Below are positions 52,668 through 64,000 of a DNA stretch of 64,000 bases, one piece after another. The stretch is from Acanthaster planci. Lineage: Eukaryota. Location: the NCBI RefSeq assembly GCF_001949145.1, contig NW_019091362.1, positions 2,053,838-2,117,837 of the forward strand. The letters run 5' to 3'. Under the pieces are notes generated by a model. It was not told the DNA's origin, did not search any database, and was given only the letters and a program-made list of their open reading frames with translations. Each line of letters opens with the position of its first letter. Position 1 is the stretch's first letter. A program made the position numbers and the translations under genes.

Positions 52668-55600
52668 AAAGTACATCTTTCACAACCTTTCTTACAAACA
52701 TAAGTGGATTTAAACGCGTATACGATGTCGTCTTTCGATCGCTAAATCGAATGAATAAATGCAGCCTGGCAAAAATTAAGCATCTTTTTGCCTTAGAGCC
52801 GTTAAAGGCATCGTGCACACTTGATGTCGGAGGAAAAATTAGACTGGAGGTATTCGACATGAAATTGGAGTCCACATACCAATCAAAAAATGAAATCAAT
52901 CTGAGAAAAGGGACCTCATATGGCCAAAGATGTACTCCAGATATCACGAATCATTTATTAATCCTTTATTCTGACGAGATGCTTTCGTTGCTTCTGAAAA
53001 ATGAAAGAAAATCTGAGATTAATGAATATGATATCTTCGTGGGCAAGAAGGCATTTGTAGAGTCCATTTGTTCTTACATTGCGAGGATCGATACTTGCAT
53101 CGGGCTCCCACACCTCTAAGGGTCGGCATGCGCGAGGGCCTTCGTCACGATTCGCCTTCCCGTGACGCTGTCTCGAAATACACCTAGGAATTGAATGCGA
53201 TTGTCTCGATATCCCCATCCCAGTGCACTACTCACTGCTGTGAATGAACGAAGCTTCACAGCAAAATACCACAGTATGGGGCCTGCCGGCAACCATTATG
53301 ATGGAAACCTGCTTTACGTAACTATTTAGCATTATGTTAGGCCCTTGGACCAAAAGGAGGAAAAAGGTCGAGCTCGTTCATGTGGGGTAAAAAGTGTAGG
53401 AAAGGAATGGAATAGAATTTAGGAAGCCCCTGGTTCGAATCCTGGACGATTTCTTTTATTCCTATTCTCTTTTTTTTTCTCATTTTGTCCCATAATTTTT
53501 CTTATTTTCCTCAGTTTGGTTCCTGTCGGAAGAAACAACTTTTGAAAGGTTAAATATTACATGCCCAAATTTTTAGCCTTCGTGTCTGTTTTATTCAAAG
53601 GTAAAACACCTAATTACGTTAATAACAAATGAACCTTACTGTAAGCTTTTCACACATATCAGGTAATATGATTATGTATTAATGACAGATGTGTAGTAAG
53701 ATTAGCTGTTTTACCAACGTCTTCTAAAATAATCAAAGAAAAAAGAAGTACATACATGATCCTGATAGACTGTAAAGAAGAACCATATAGTTAGTGGAGT
53801 AAGTCGCATAGTGCTACTGCCGTGACAGGGCTTTGTGGAGATTGATTGGTACTCTGCGTCTGTAGGAACTAAGAAATACCTCAATTCGGGCAGTAAAAAG
53901 CAAGACTGAAAAAACACCGCACTGGAAAAAATCGATTGACATCTGGTGAACTTTATTGAAGCTACAACCAATTTCTTTAAGTGACTTCGTGTTTTCAAGG
54001 CGCAAGGTGAGATTTGATGGATTGTGCATATTTCCCCCTTGGCTGTTACAAGCCGTAACCCTGACAATCAGTGCTGACTCTTCTGCGCTTGGGAGAAACA
54101 ACCCATAAGATGGCTGTTGTATTGGGTTTTTTTTTTTTTTGACTGGTAAATATTTCCTTGATGCTCATCGATGCACGTCGCCTGTGGCCAAGTTTTATTG
54201 CAGTTACCTGAAAATTCTCCACTCGGTTTGGCAAGAAGGCAGCGAGATAATACCGTTGACTTTCTCATAAGAGCCGGTCGGTCTTGTCGTTCCTACCTGT
54301 TAGGTGGTAAATGACCATGAGGCGCTTCGAAGCCATAAGAAGGATCGCAATGATGCAATTGCAGCCCTCGTGGGGCATTTTAAACTGACAATTAAGTCCT
54401 CCTTTTAAGTTGGATTCTAACCAACAGGGCTGTAGGCCCTGCTTGCTTGTGTGAGTGACTAGTTGGGTATATTTAATATATGATAATTAATCCACTGATG
54501 ATAATGAATGCATACGTTCAAGGTTGTACTCGCCCCCCCCCCAAGATCTGGTCGGATAGGACAAGTTGGGGAAATGCGTCTCCATAACTTGCTTCAAAAG
54601 CTTCTCGGAAAAAAGCGAAGATTTAAGTCTTTTGATCCAACGTATACCTTAGTTAAATCTGTTGGTTTTCTCTTCATATATGAAAGAGGAGTGTTGTATG
54701 TTTTTATTATGTCGCTTGAGGGATTTGCTGACGAATTTGAAAATGTCATATCATGGAATGTACCATATGAACTAACCCTGCAAGTTTATTTCGAATTGCA
54801 ATATTTTTTGGATCAAGATTAATTATTTTAATAATGCAAGATATTAGAGATCCCGCTTTTCTTATTAATAACCGACTGCCAACCGTAGACATATAATACA
54901 ACGAAGCCTATACCCGAGGACTGAACCAATTCTAGCATACGATAATAAATCGATACGTATCCAACGTACACAATGGTGCTGCTGCAGTGCCGCCCGTTTT
55001 AAATTTTACTAGATAGGCCCCTGCTGCTACTTCTTTCAGCTGTGATCTAAATTGTCAACAGTTTTCGGCTCCTTGGAAAATATCATGAGGCTGACGGTGT
55101 AGACTTTGGACGGGGTAGGCTTGAGACTACGATGTTTGCTCAAATATGGGTAAGACGCGCCAGAGCTTATGTGAATCAGTAATTCGACGGGGATCAAGTG
55201 GATTTTTCATTGTATGCTTTTGGTAACTGGTATTAGTCATGCAGATGTCACGTGCTGCGGGAAGCAGTGGCTTTGGCTTCGCAGTATATCGAAAAATGTG
55301 CAAATATGAGGAAGGTGACAATTGTGTTTTGATATGGTAATACCAGATGTGAAATAATAAAAAGGCCGACATTGCTCAAACAATTCCAAAATACAAGGCC
55401 CAGGGAATTCGCTAGGCAAGTATTAGGAAGAGCATGGTATTCATTTATTCAGATCAATGCATTGCACTTCACTGACGAAGATATGGACAAGAGGAATAAA
55501 GAATTACTAAAGGTCCTGTTTTATATTAATTTTCAACAGTGTCATCTCATTGGAAAGATCACGTTGACATAAACCGATTGATTTTTCTCCATAGTGTTGA

Positions 55601-57770
55601 CTGTAATTTGGTAACATCATCTTTAGGTAATGCTTAGTACTCAGGCGTCTCCAATGCAAACCTACAATAGAAGATTGTTTCTTTTTTTACAAAAAATTGA
55701 AGGAAGAAGAAGTCACGGTGGACAAACTACTGAAATCACTGTCCATCGCAAAAAGTCTGTCATAAAATGGAATGGTTTGTAAAATGCCTTCCAGATTGAA
55801 CCACACCTTAAAGCACTGAACCTTACAATATACATGTGTGTGCTGTTGTCGAGGTAATTTAGATGGTTAACAGCTTGGGCTTTATAAAAAAAGATTCATA
55901 AAGTCAGTATTCAGTAAGATTGGTTTCACAGCATGGGCTGTAGAGGGTTGACCTGAGTAGCAAGAGGGTAACGTGCCTGGGGAAAAAAATGAAGGACTTA
56001 TTCTCCATTGGCGTGTCTAGTGTCCAGGTTGAGACAAAATGGATTTTTTTTGGGGGGGGGGTTAAAAAAAAAGCCTCATTATCTCCTTCCCACGCCAAAA
56101 AGGGTGGAGGTACCGTTACTAATTGCTGCCATTAACACTCTCAGTTCCTTAAAATAAATTGACCGCGTCCATGTTTTACGGTTGGAAGGATGTATTTGCG
56201 ATTTAAACGTCCTTCGAAACCGTAATAAGACAGGTTCTTTCCCAAACTGTGCCTGAGGCTGCTTGTTTTCCCAAAAGCCACACATCACAGTAGCGAGGAA
56301 GACCATGGAAGGATTGAGCGTACAGAACCAAAAGCTGCTTTCAAAATCCTTGAGCACCCAAGCAGAACACTCAGCGCTGGATTGTGCCCGATACCAGACG
56401 GATTCGACAGAGACTGGAAACGTGTTCAGCAGGTGCAAAACCTGCTATCTGAAATGGGACATTGAAGATCTAATTGGCCGCGCAATCGATCGATGGAGGA
56501 ATGGCAAATTGATGCAGTGGCACCATTTGCCCTTTCCTGTTGGAGATGTGCCACTATTAAGTCCGTTTGGGGATGGGTATAACACCTGAGTATTTTGTCC
56601 AAGCCGTGTCCGTCTCGCTAAGACTGGTATAATTGTAACTTGGTGATAATGACCCGATGTGTAGGCCTACAGCGCCTCGTCTTTTGGTTTTTTTGGATGA
56701 ATTTGACCAGTAACCAAGTGGAGGGTATTTCACCGATTTCTAACAATTTTGGAAACAACTTAACCCAGTAAAGTGTTAGCATTTGTATAAAGGACTGTGA
56801 AGATCACATGACAATCATTGCGGTCTAAAATTAAATTATTGAATTTCAATACGTTTTACCCATCTGGGTCGGCAACATGAAAGCACGTTTGTACGGTTAA
56901 CGCTACTTAACTTGTCTTTATAGGCAGCATTCCCGTCCAGGTTTCCTGAGCTCAGACCAGACGGCAGCTTTGTCTTTCAATGATCAGTCTGCAGTATCAA
57001 AGTCCAGATTCCTCAAAGCGTATTATACAAGTAATACGCGCGTTTTCCGATTATTATCCATGTATCACAGACCGTAGACTTAAAGTCTATTCGGTCCTTG
57101 ATTGTATAGTGTAAAAATACAGTTGCAATGTCTGACTCTGATGTGTCTTCAAGCAAAGTATTGAGCAATTATTTTCAATGAAAAGTACGTTTAAAGCAAA
57201 GTTTAGATTAGATTTTGAACATTTAATTACGATGAATTTTAGGCTGGCTCTCGGTAGAAGTTACGTTTTTTCCTTTGTAGTGAACAGAAAGGCAGTCATC
57301 TGATTATTTATGAGTTAAAGTTCAGGTAGGCCTACTGTTACCCCTTCCTCTTTGCCACTGCGTCTGAGTACTGTGACAGCTCGAAGCACAGTGCGCATGC
57401 TCATAACGAGCAGCAGCATCAACGTCATCTGTTCTCAATACAGAGGCTTTGATACTTCGCTAACCAGAATACGAATCTGAGCTCTGGTAAAGTACGCGGA
57501 AATAAATTTCTACCCGGAGCCAATTCGGAATACGAGTAGCAAGAACAAATACTCATCGGGAGTCCCGAAGAACACTCTGAAACTTCCACTTTAGGCTTCT
57601 ACTTAAGCACCCGTCTGTTTATATTGATCCTTACTTGTAGATCTGTGATTCCGCGTATAACGCTGTTCATTGTAGAAATTTGTTATTTGAACTGTAATTT
57701 AATTCCTAAAAGGCTGAATAGTTTCTCAATAAAGTATTAATGTTTGAAGATCACAGGTGACAAACCAGGC

Positions 57771-58025
57771 GAAGGGTGGATTCAGAACTATTTCTTTTGG
57801 GGGGAACTATTTTTGGGGAGGGGGCAAAATTTGCGGATTTTTCTTTTTTATTTAAGCTTGTAAGGCCTTTCTCACTGTTGACGTTTTGGCGCTTTTAACA
57901 CGCATCGCAAGGAACAGAAAGAAAAACGAGCAAAAAATGGCCTTTCTATCATTGTTTTTCTGAAAACGTTGCTGCTGCTTTTGGGGGTGTCGTGGATGCC
58001 GTTGCTCCCCCCCCAGCCACCCCTG
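57771..58025. mobile_element. Possible decayed hAT-like MITE
   Basis: Ends gaagggtggattcag and cagccacccctg with internal G-runs and C-runs. No target-site duplication recognisable. Confidence 0.3.
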
Positions 58026-58909
58026 TATGGTCATACTCCAATCCTAAACACGCATCATCGGCGTTTCATAACTTGGGCTTGCAGAAGCCGTAGTCCTATA
58101 TCTTGGAAACTCATGTTGACTCGTACCCCAGTTTTTATCCCTTGTTGTTCAGTAAACGATCCAAACGTCTGGTTTTAAAAGAAAAATCAGCTTTGAATTG
58201 TGATAATCTCATTTCAGCCTACTGTATATGAAGAATTCATATTACATTATATCACTACTTTTTATAATATGTTTTGAAATCAAAGGAAAAAAATACCTTT
58301 TATTTAGGCCCTGAAGGCGAACGAAGGGGCGATGCACGCATTTGTCTGCGATACCTTTCGACCGATACTGTTGTGAGCCACCACCTACGCAAGAGAAGGT
58401 ATTGGGTGCATCATCAGCGCACGCGCAGATGCGTTCTCATCTCCACAAACCATCTCCAGTGTCGACAAATATTCCCCAATGCAGTCAATACATCGATTGG
58501 GCTGGGCAGGAAGGGCCACTTGAAACTTTCTGAAATGTCTCAAATCGGTTAGCGGCATGTTATTAGCATTAGAATCTCTCGAGTCAATATATAACTTGGA
58601 CTGATTTCGCGGCAATAACTGTTCAACACAGTGTGTTGAGATCTTTACAAATACCAAAAACGCGAGGCGAGGACGGTCTTCTCTTGCAGTTAGAGCACAC
58701 CTGTACGGTGCATCACGGGACTATTCCTCCGTAGACAAATAATAGATAGCGGTTTCTGGCTACAATTAGTGATAGGCATCTCGATTTGTCTTCAGCGTAC
58801 ACACTGTGTTTAGCTACCAGGGAAGCTGTCATTAGCACCCTTCAGGTCTGTCATCCCATCCTCAATATCCCGCCTGTCATTTTTTACCTCTTTTTAATTA
58901 AAGTCACTC

Positions 58910-59276
58910 AGAGATTGGCCGCCGAGACACCGCAAGATCTTGTCAATCATCTCAGGAAGGACTCCAGCCGACCATCGGCAGAGTACCGTCCGTGACGGCG
59001 TGAGCCGGCTGCACCGGCGCAATCGTCCTCCCATTCGCTGCTTATGAGTTCATTTGTCGCGGAGCTGTATTTGATCAACTGCCGCTCGCTGGGCATCCAG
59101 GGCCAGCGGGGACTGCAGCGCGATTAACGCTCACGGCTCTGACTTTTGACTCGCCTTGCCTTTTTACGCCCCTCTTCCCCAGTGCACCTCCCAGGCTCAG
59201 GCTCCAGTGTACCTGTGTGCTCAGTCTGGAGACGCACTACACTCATTTCCACGATTGCTCTCCAATAAACGTAAGT
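58910..59276 (+). promoter_or_regulatory. Candidate promoter and non-coding first exon of an unidentified downstream gene
   Basis: GC/CpG-rich block, initiator-like TCAGTC at 59221-59226, and consensus donor gtaagt at 59271-59276. Confidence 0.4.
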
Positions 59277-61400
59277 GAACCCTTTTCGTCTTTTAAATCA
59301 CCTGTCGCGCTCTACTCCAGATTTACGGATTGAAACGGGGGCACTAGTGCACGATAAGCAACAAATGAAAGGCAAACGAGATTTGCTGCTCTTGTGCCTG
59401 ACTTGTCTTGTGCCTCGGATACTGATCTAAGATAAGGTGTGATAATTGCGTAGGATTTTTTCATGACTTGACATACTTGAGAAAAATGCTGTCAAAGTTC
59501 AAGTGGCGTTTCGTTCACTGCTCGAAAGGATGTCTTGTTTTTCACTTAGACACCTTATACTTTATGAAATTTCTTTCTTACATTTACACATGTACTTCGT
59601 GACTCCCTTTACAGGATGTGAAAAAGGTAGTTGTCTTCTGAAGGCATGTTTTTGCATTCAGGATAAGATCGCAATGCAGTGTCAAATAACTCTTTAATTA
59701 CATGCTTGATTTTTTTAGTAAGTTTCCATTGCTCTTTTGGTCACTTTTTCTTAACTGTTTTCTCACGTTCAGAGCATGCCCAGGCCGGTTTTCAACTGAT
59801 ATTTGTTTTTTATTTTTTAAATGAAAACCCGCAAAGTTTATGTAATCACAGCTGCTATGCAAACCGGTAAACATCGACGCTGAAGGAAGTCATTAAAGGG
59901 TAATTATGCATCAGTGCAAGCTGAGGATTGGTTTGCAACAGACGCACGTGCCCTGAAAGATGGATCGGCGCTGATACACTTAACTAACGTTGTGTTACAC
60001 TGCGCTTCACTTTACCATGCTCAGAATGATAAATCTGCAGCAGAGACGCGCGCTTGGATCGAACAGAGTGCACCAGTCCACAAGTCGAGACGAAGCTTGG
60101 TCCATGAAAAATTACTAACGCAAACCAAGCTGTCCAACGCTTATATGTATCACCTTGTTTACCAATGTCTAAATCATTAGACCATTTTGATACCATACCC
60201 TGAGTGTTCTGCTCATTTTAACGCGATATACCTGGTTGATAAATTCATTATCATGGGGTCTATTTGTCAGCAGTTTTTGACAATTCCCACAGCTTTCCTT
60301 CTAAACCCTTAAATATTGCGCAAATATACTGTTTGAAGTGCTGTGGAGTAAAATCCGATATCTTTGAGTTGATGTTACACATTGATATAGCGGAGGCAGC
60401 TTCACAGCAATCGATTCCAGCTTCTAGACAGCACTGTGATTAAATCACGGACTAGTTTGCCTGAAAGTGTTAACCATTTATTACACAATTAATATTTAGC
60501 CCAACACGTGCCAGAATTAAGAGATAAACAACTGATCGCAGAGAGGATGAACTACGATACGACCTTATGCATTTTGCACGAATCCCATGATGGAATAACT
60601 ATATACGACATGTAGTGACATTAGGGGACGGGGCTTACAGCCCCCGTTTACCGTATGGACCTTGCTTTACCTGACCATTTACTATGAACTCTTAAACCAA
60701 AATATTTATTTCATCGAAACGCCATGTCGTCGAAGTGATGGCAAGTCGATTTCTTTGCTTAATATTTCATCGGGGTGTCGGTGAGCTCGTTAAAGTCACA
60801 CGTCCGTGAAAACGGATCGAGTGTTCTCAGGCAGACGTTAACGCCGGGCTTATTCGATTACTGCGGGTAAGGTGATATTCACTTTGTCCTAATTGGTAGA
60901 CGCAATAGAAGCTAAATTCGTATACTCCAAGCAATGTCGAGCCTTTCAGCTGTCCGTACCAAAAGCACTTCCATCGAATCCAAAACACCCGTGCTTGTTT
61001 CAAATTTTTGTACAGTATTTCTCCGAAGAAATCACCCGCTGACGAGGTGTACCGGTACTGTTCCTAAGGATCGATTCTTTTTGAGATTCATCGCTCCTCA
61101 CTTCAAGAACTTTCTTTGTATACGGATAAATGTTTCGCTACTGATCTTTGATAACTTTTATAAATCAAACGTAATTATCATTTGTCGGGGTAAAAGGTAA
61201 GAATTACAAATATAAGAATTTATGATTTTAAGTTTGTCGAAGCGTGACAGTTTAGTGAGTAATAAAGTTGTTGCGCTGCAGATACGAAGATGAAAACTGC
61301 TTTATTCTGGTTCGTCCCATTGTGTGCGTGTTGAAATAAAGTGCGGTACATTCGCTTAATAGGAGATTGCCTCCTTTCTAAATTTTCAACAGGGAGTACC

Positions 61401-61493
61401 GAATCAATAAATTTGTTGGTGCCGTTTTTCAGAATCAATAAATTTGTTGGTGCCGTTTTTCAGAATCAATAAATTTGTTGGTGCCGTTTTTCA
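61401..61493 (+). repeat. 31-bp perfect tandem repeat x3
   Basis: gaatcaataaatttgttggtgccgtttttca at 61401, 61432 and 61463. Confidence 0.97.
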
Positions 61494-64000
61494 GAGATAT
61501 TATTTGCGGTAAAATCCTTTGATCTAAGGTAAAGCAGAGTGATTAACGCTCACGGCCAACGGTCAAGAGCGGCCAAGTCCAAGCTAACGAGACTTGTGCT
61601 GAGTCCAGCTGGTATTAACGAGCAAGGAGTCCATGCATTTGCATGGGACCGTCACTTATCTTTTTAATCACGATGTTCAGAATATAGTGGCACATTGGAC
61701 ATTTGACTCGTTTGATGGCATAATTACTTTTAAGAATTTGTCAAACACTTTGACGTGTTGGTCTTGATTTTGGAGGGAAACCGATGTGGATTTTTGTAGC
61801 ACTTCCTTTGTACGAGCTTGCATTTTACTGGCACAATTTAGCGTTTTGAGCGCACATGTAAACGAGGCTACTATTGATGTTTCGATATTAAATCAATAGT
61901 TCTGTAAACAAACAAACAGCAACCTTTTGTCCAGTTGGTCAAAGCAGTCCGCAATGGCAGTCAATTGAATGGTCCCCAGAAAGAGAATTAGGTCATATCT
62001 TTCGTAAGTGTGCCCGTCCAAAAAATCTGAACAAAGATCATGTAGAATATGGGGCCAATTTGTGTTTGTTTTCCTAGCAGTTTACGGTTCATGTTTCTTG
62101 ACTGGTTTGCTACCCGCTTTTGGGCAATTAGGGCAATCGCCAATATTTCGACCTTAATCTATGAACGCATCGCTTTTGTCTCACAAAGCAGAGATCGCAG
62201 ACATCCTGCGATGCATGCACAAGGCAGCATGGTCAAGTTTCAGGAGAATAAAGCTACACTTTATTGATTGTCTGCGACTGTCTGCGTTGCCACCTGTGAT
62301 CAATGCGACTTTTCGTGAAGTTCGGGTTTTTGTGATCTAGGCGCCGAATTAGCGCTAGATGCCCGGTGGTTTGCTCGAAGAAATTCATTCATCTTCATGC
62401 ATCAACATGCAATGTCAAATGAGGTAGACGATTGCTTGTGATAAGACGAGTCTCACAGTCTTGTGGCTAGAAGTAAGCCAAAAGCTGTATCTTTTGTTTT
62501 TGCTTGCGTGACCTACAATTATTGAAAGTGAACAAGTCGCTTCGAGTCACTATCCGTTATACAAGCACAAACCCTATGTTTCAGTACATGTTTTGATAAA
62601 CATTCTAAAACAGGAGGGAAACATCTGTGTTGGGGAGCTTTGAGGGTGTGCTTATTGGCAGCGTTTCTTACGTTTTCACGCTGATACAGTTTGTAAACGA
62701 GCACATTTTTTCGTCAGCAGCATTGCTCGTGCTTGGGCATACATGTAGTTAAGACAAATTTTTAACGAATTTGCTGAAAGGCAAGCTTCATGCTCGTAGG
62801 AAAATAATTGGCAAGGCCTTGATTTGTGTGCTTGGTATGGTGCCGTTAACGTTGTTTGTCATATTCGATTTTAGTGAAATGAGCTATGCTTGGTATGTTG
62901 TCTAAACCGTTGTTAGATTTTTTTTTCATTTGGAATATGCTTGAGATACTTTTCGAAAGGAACCATTTCTGGTTATTTCACGTGATTGATTAGCAAGAAT
63001 ATTGTGCAGGTCCTCACCACCATTTTATCGTTTGAGCCTGTAGCTTCCAATCCGTCCGTTTATTTGCGTTTCAATCAGTCCTTTTTGATACCATTCTAAT
63101 CAACATATCCCATTTTTAATTGGCAATCTTATTCCCCTGGTTTTTATTTTCATTTCTTGGGACATCGAAGTTTAAACACTTCCGTTCATTATGCTCAACT
63201 GCTCGTCCTTGCACACTCAAGAAGTCATAAATTATTGCTGATCGATGTTGCACCTTTCTGATGTCAGTAAATGATGAAATATAATACAAGCATGCGACAA
63301 ATCAATTGCAAGCATAAAAGGCGTGGGCCTAACCATGTTACTGATTTTTCCGTAATGTTATATGCTTACGGGCAGAGTTCTCTCTGAAACGTTTTGTATT
63401 TTGTCGATCCGCCAATATTGTCAAAAAGTCCGGGAACGTTTAAGCAAAATAAAGTAACCATTCTTTGGGTCTGAAGCTCCAGTTTTGTGTACTTAGAGTT
63501 TTTCTCTGTTTTTAGCCTACAATAATAATGAACATTTTGTCAGATTTATTCAATCATATGGCTAGTTCGTCACACCAATATTACTTCTTTACTGATCAAA
63601 AAAAATTCTCTTTCAAATAGAATTCCTGGCGAAACATTGCAACAAGATGATAACTTCAACACCATTAAGGATGTCAAACAATTAGGTCCGTCTTGACTTA
63701 GAGAAAAATGTCGAGATTTACAAGTAAGTTAATTCATTTCAGTATTTTTCTTTCAGAAAGCTTTGCGCATTTGCACTCTTAAAAAAGTGACTTGAGTGGA
63801 TTCAGTTATCGGGGACAATTAAAAGAGCTCGTTTTTCTGGAGAGGGAGGTCAGGGAGCTGAATTTATGGTTTGAAATGATACAGCGGTATTTAAACCGAA
63901 ATAATTACAATATTCATTATAATGCCAATCAAACAACTACATAACGACATATTGAAATGCTCGGCTTTATTGTAGATATGATTAATATTATCTCAAAGAA

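Noticed and set aside
52634..53119. 161-aa ORF as a gene
   Set aside because: Only the first residues (FRHLWWA) are transposase remnant; the rest has no recognisable similarity.
53425..53446. tRNA gene suggested by a perfect B-box GGTTCGAATCC
   Set aside because: No convincing A-box or cloverleaf; at most a SINE remnant.

Overview
Eukaryotic (metazoan) genomic DNA with spliceosomal GT-AG introns. Repeat content and gene architecture suggest an invertebrate deuterostome, possibly an echinoderm; this is inference only. The one confidently identifiable gene is a + strand BMPER/Crossveinless-2 orthologue. I assembled 14 phase-compatible coding exons (9890-25017; 1922 nt, about 640 aa) encoding five VWC/cysteine-rich repeats, a VWD domain with the GDPH autocleavage motif, a C8 domain and a TIL domain. 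Its signal-peptide exon is unresolved: candidates are 7245-7305, an in-frame ATG at 9832, or sequence upstream of the window. An AT-rich probable 3' UTR of about 3.9 kb follows, carrying repeated miR-200/miR-8 seed sites. The remaining 35 kb has no recognisable host CDS. It holds a decayed Tc1/mariner transposase, several MITE-like elements (one nested three-element fold-back), tandem repeats, enhancer-like blocks and a candidate promoter/first exon near 59.2 kb. Nearly all ORF-track entries are spurious. I found no clearly novel multi-gene system; the findings are testable regulatory and transposon hypotheses.
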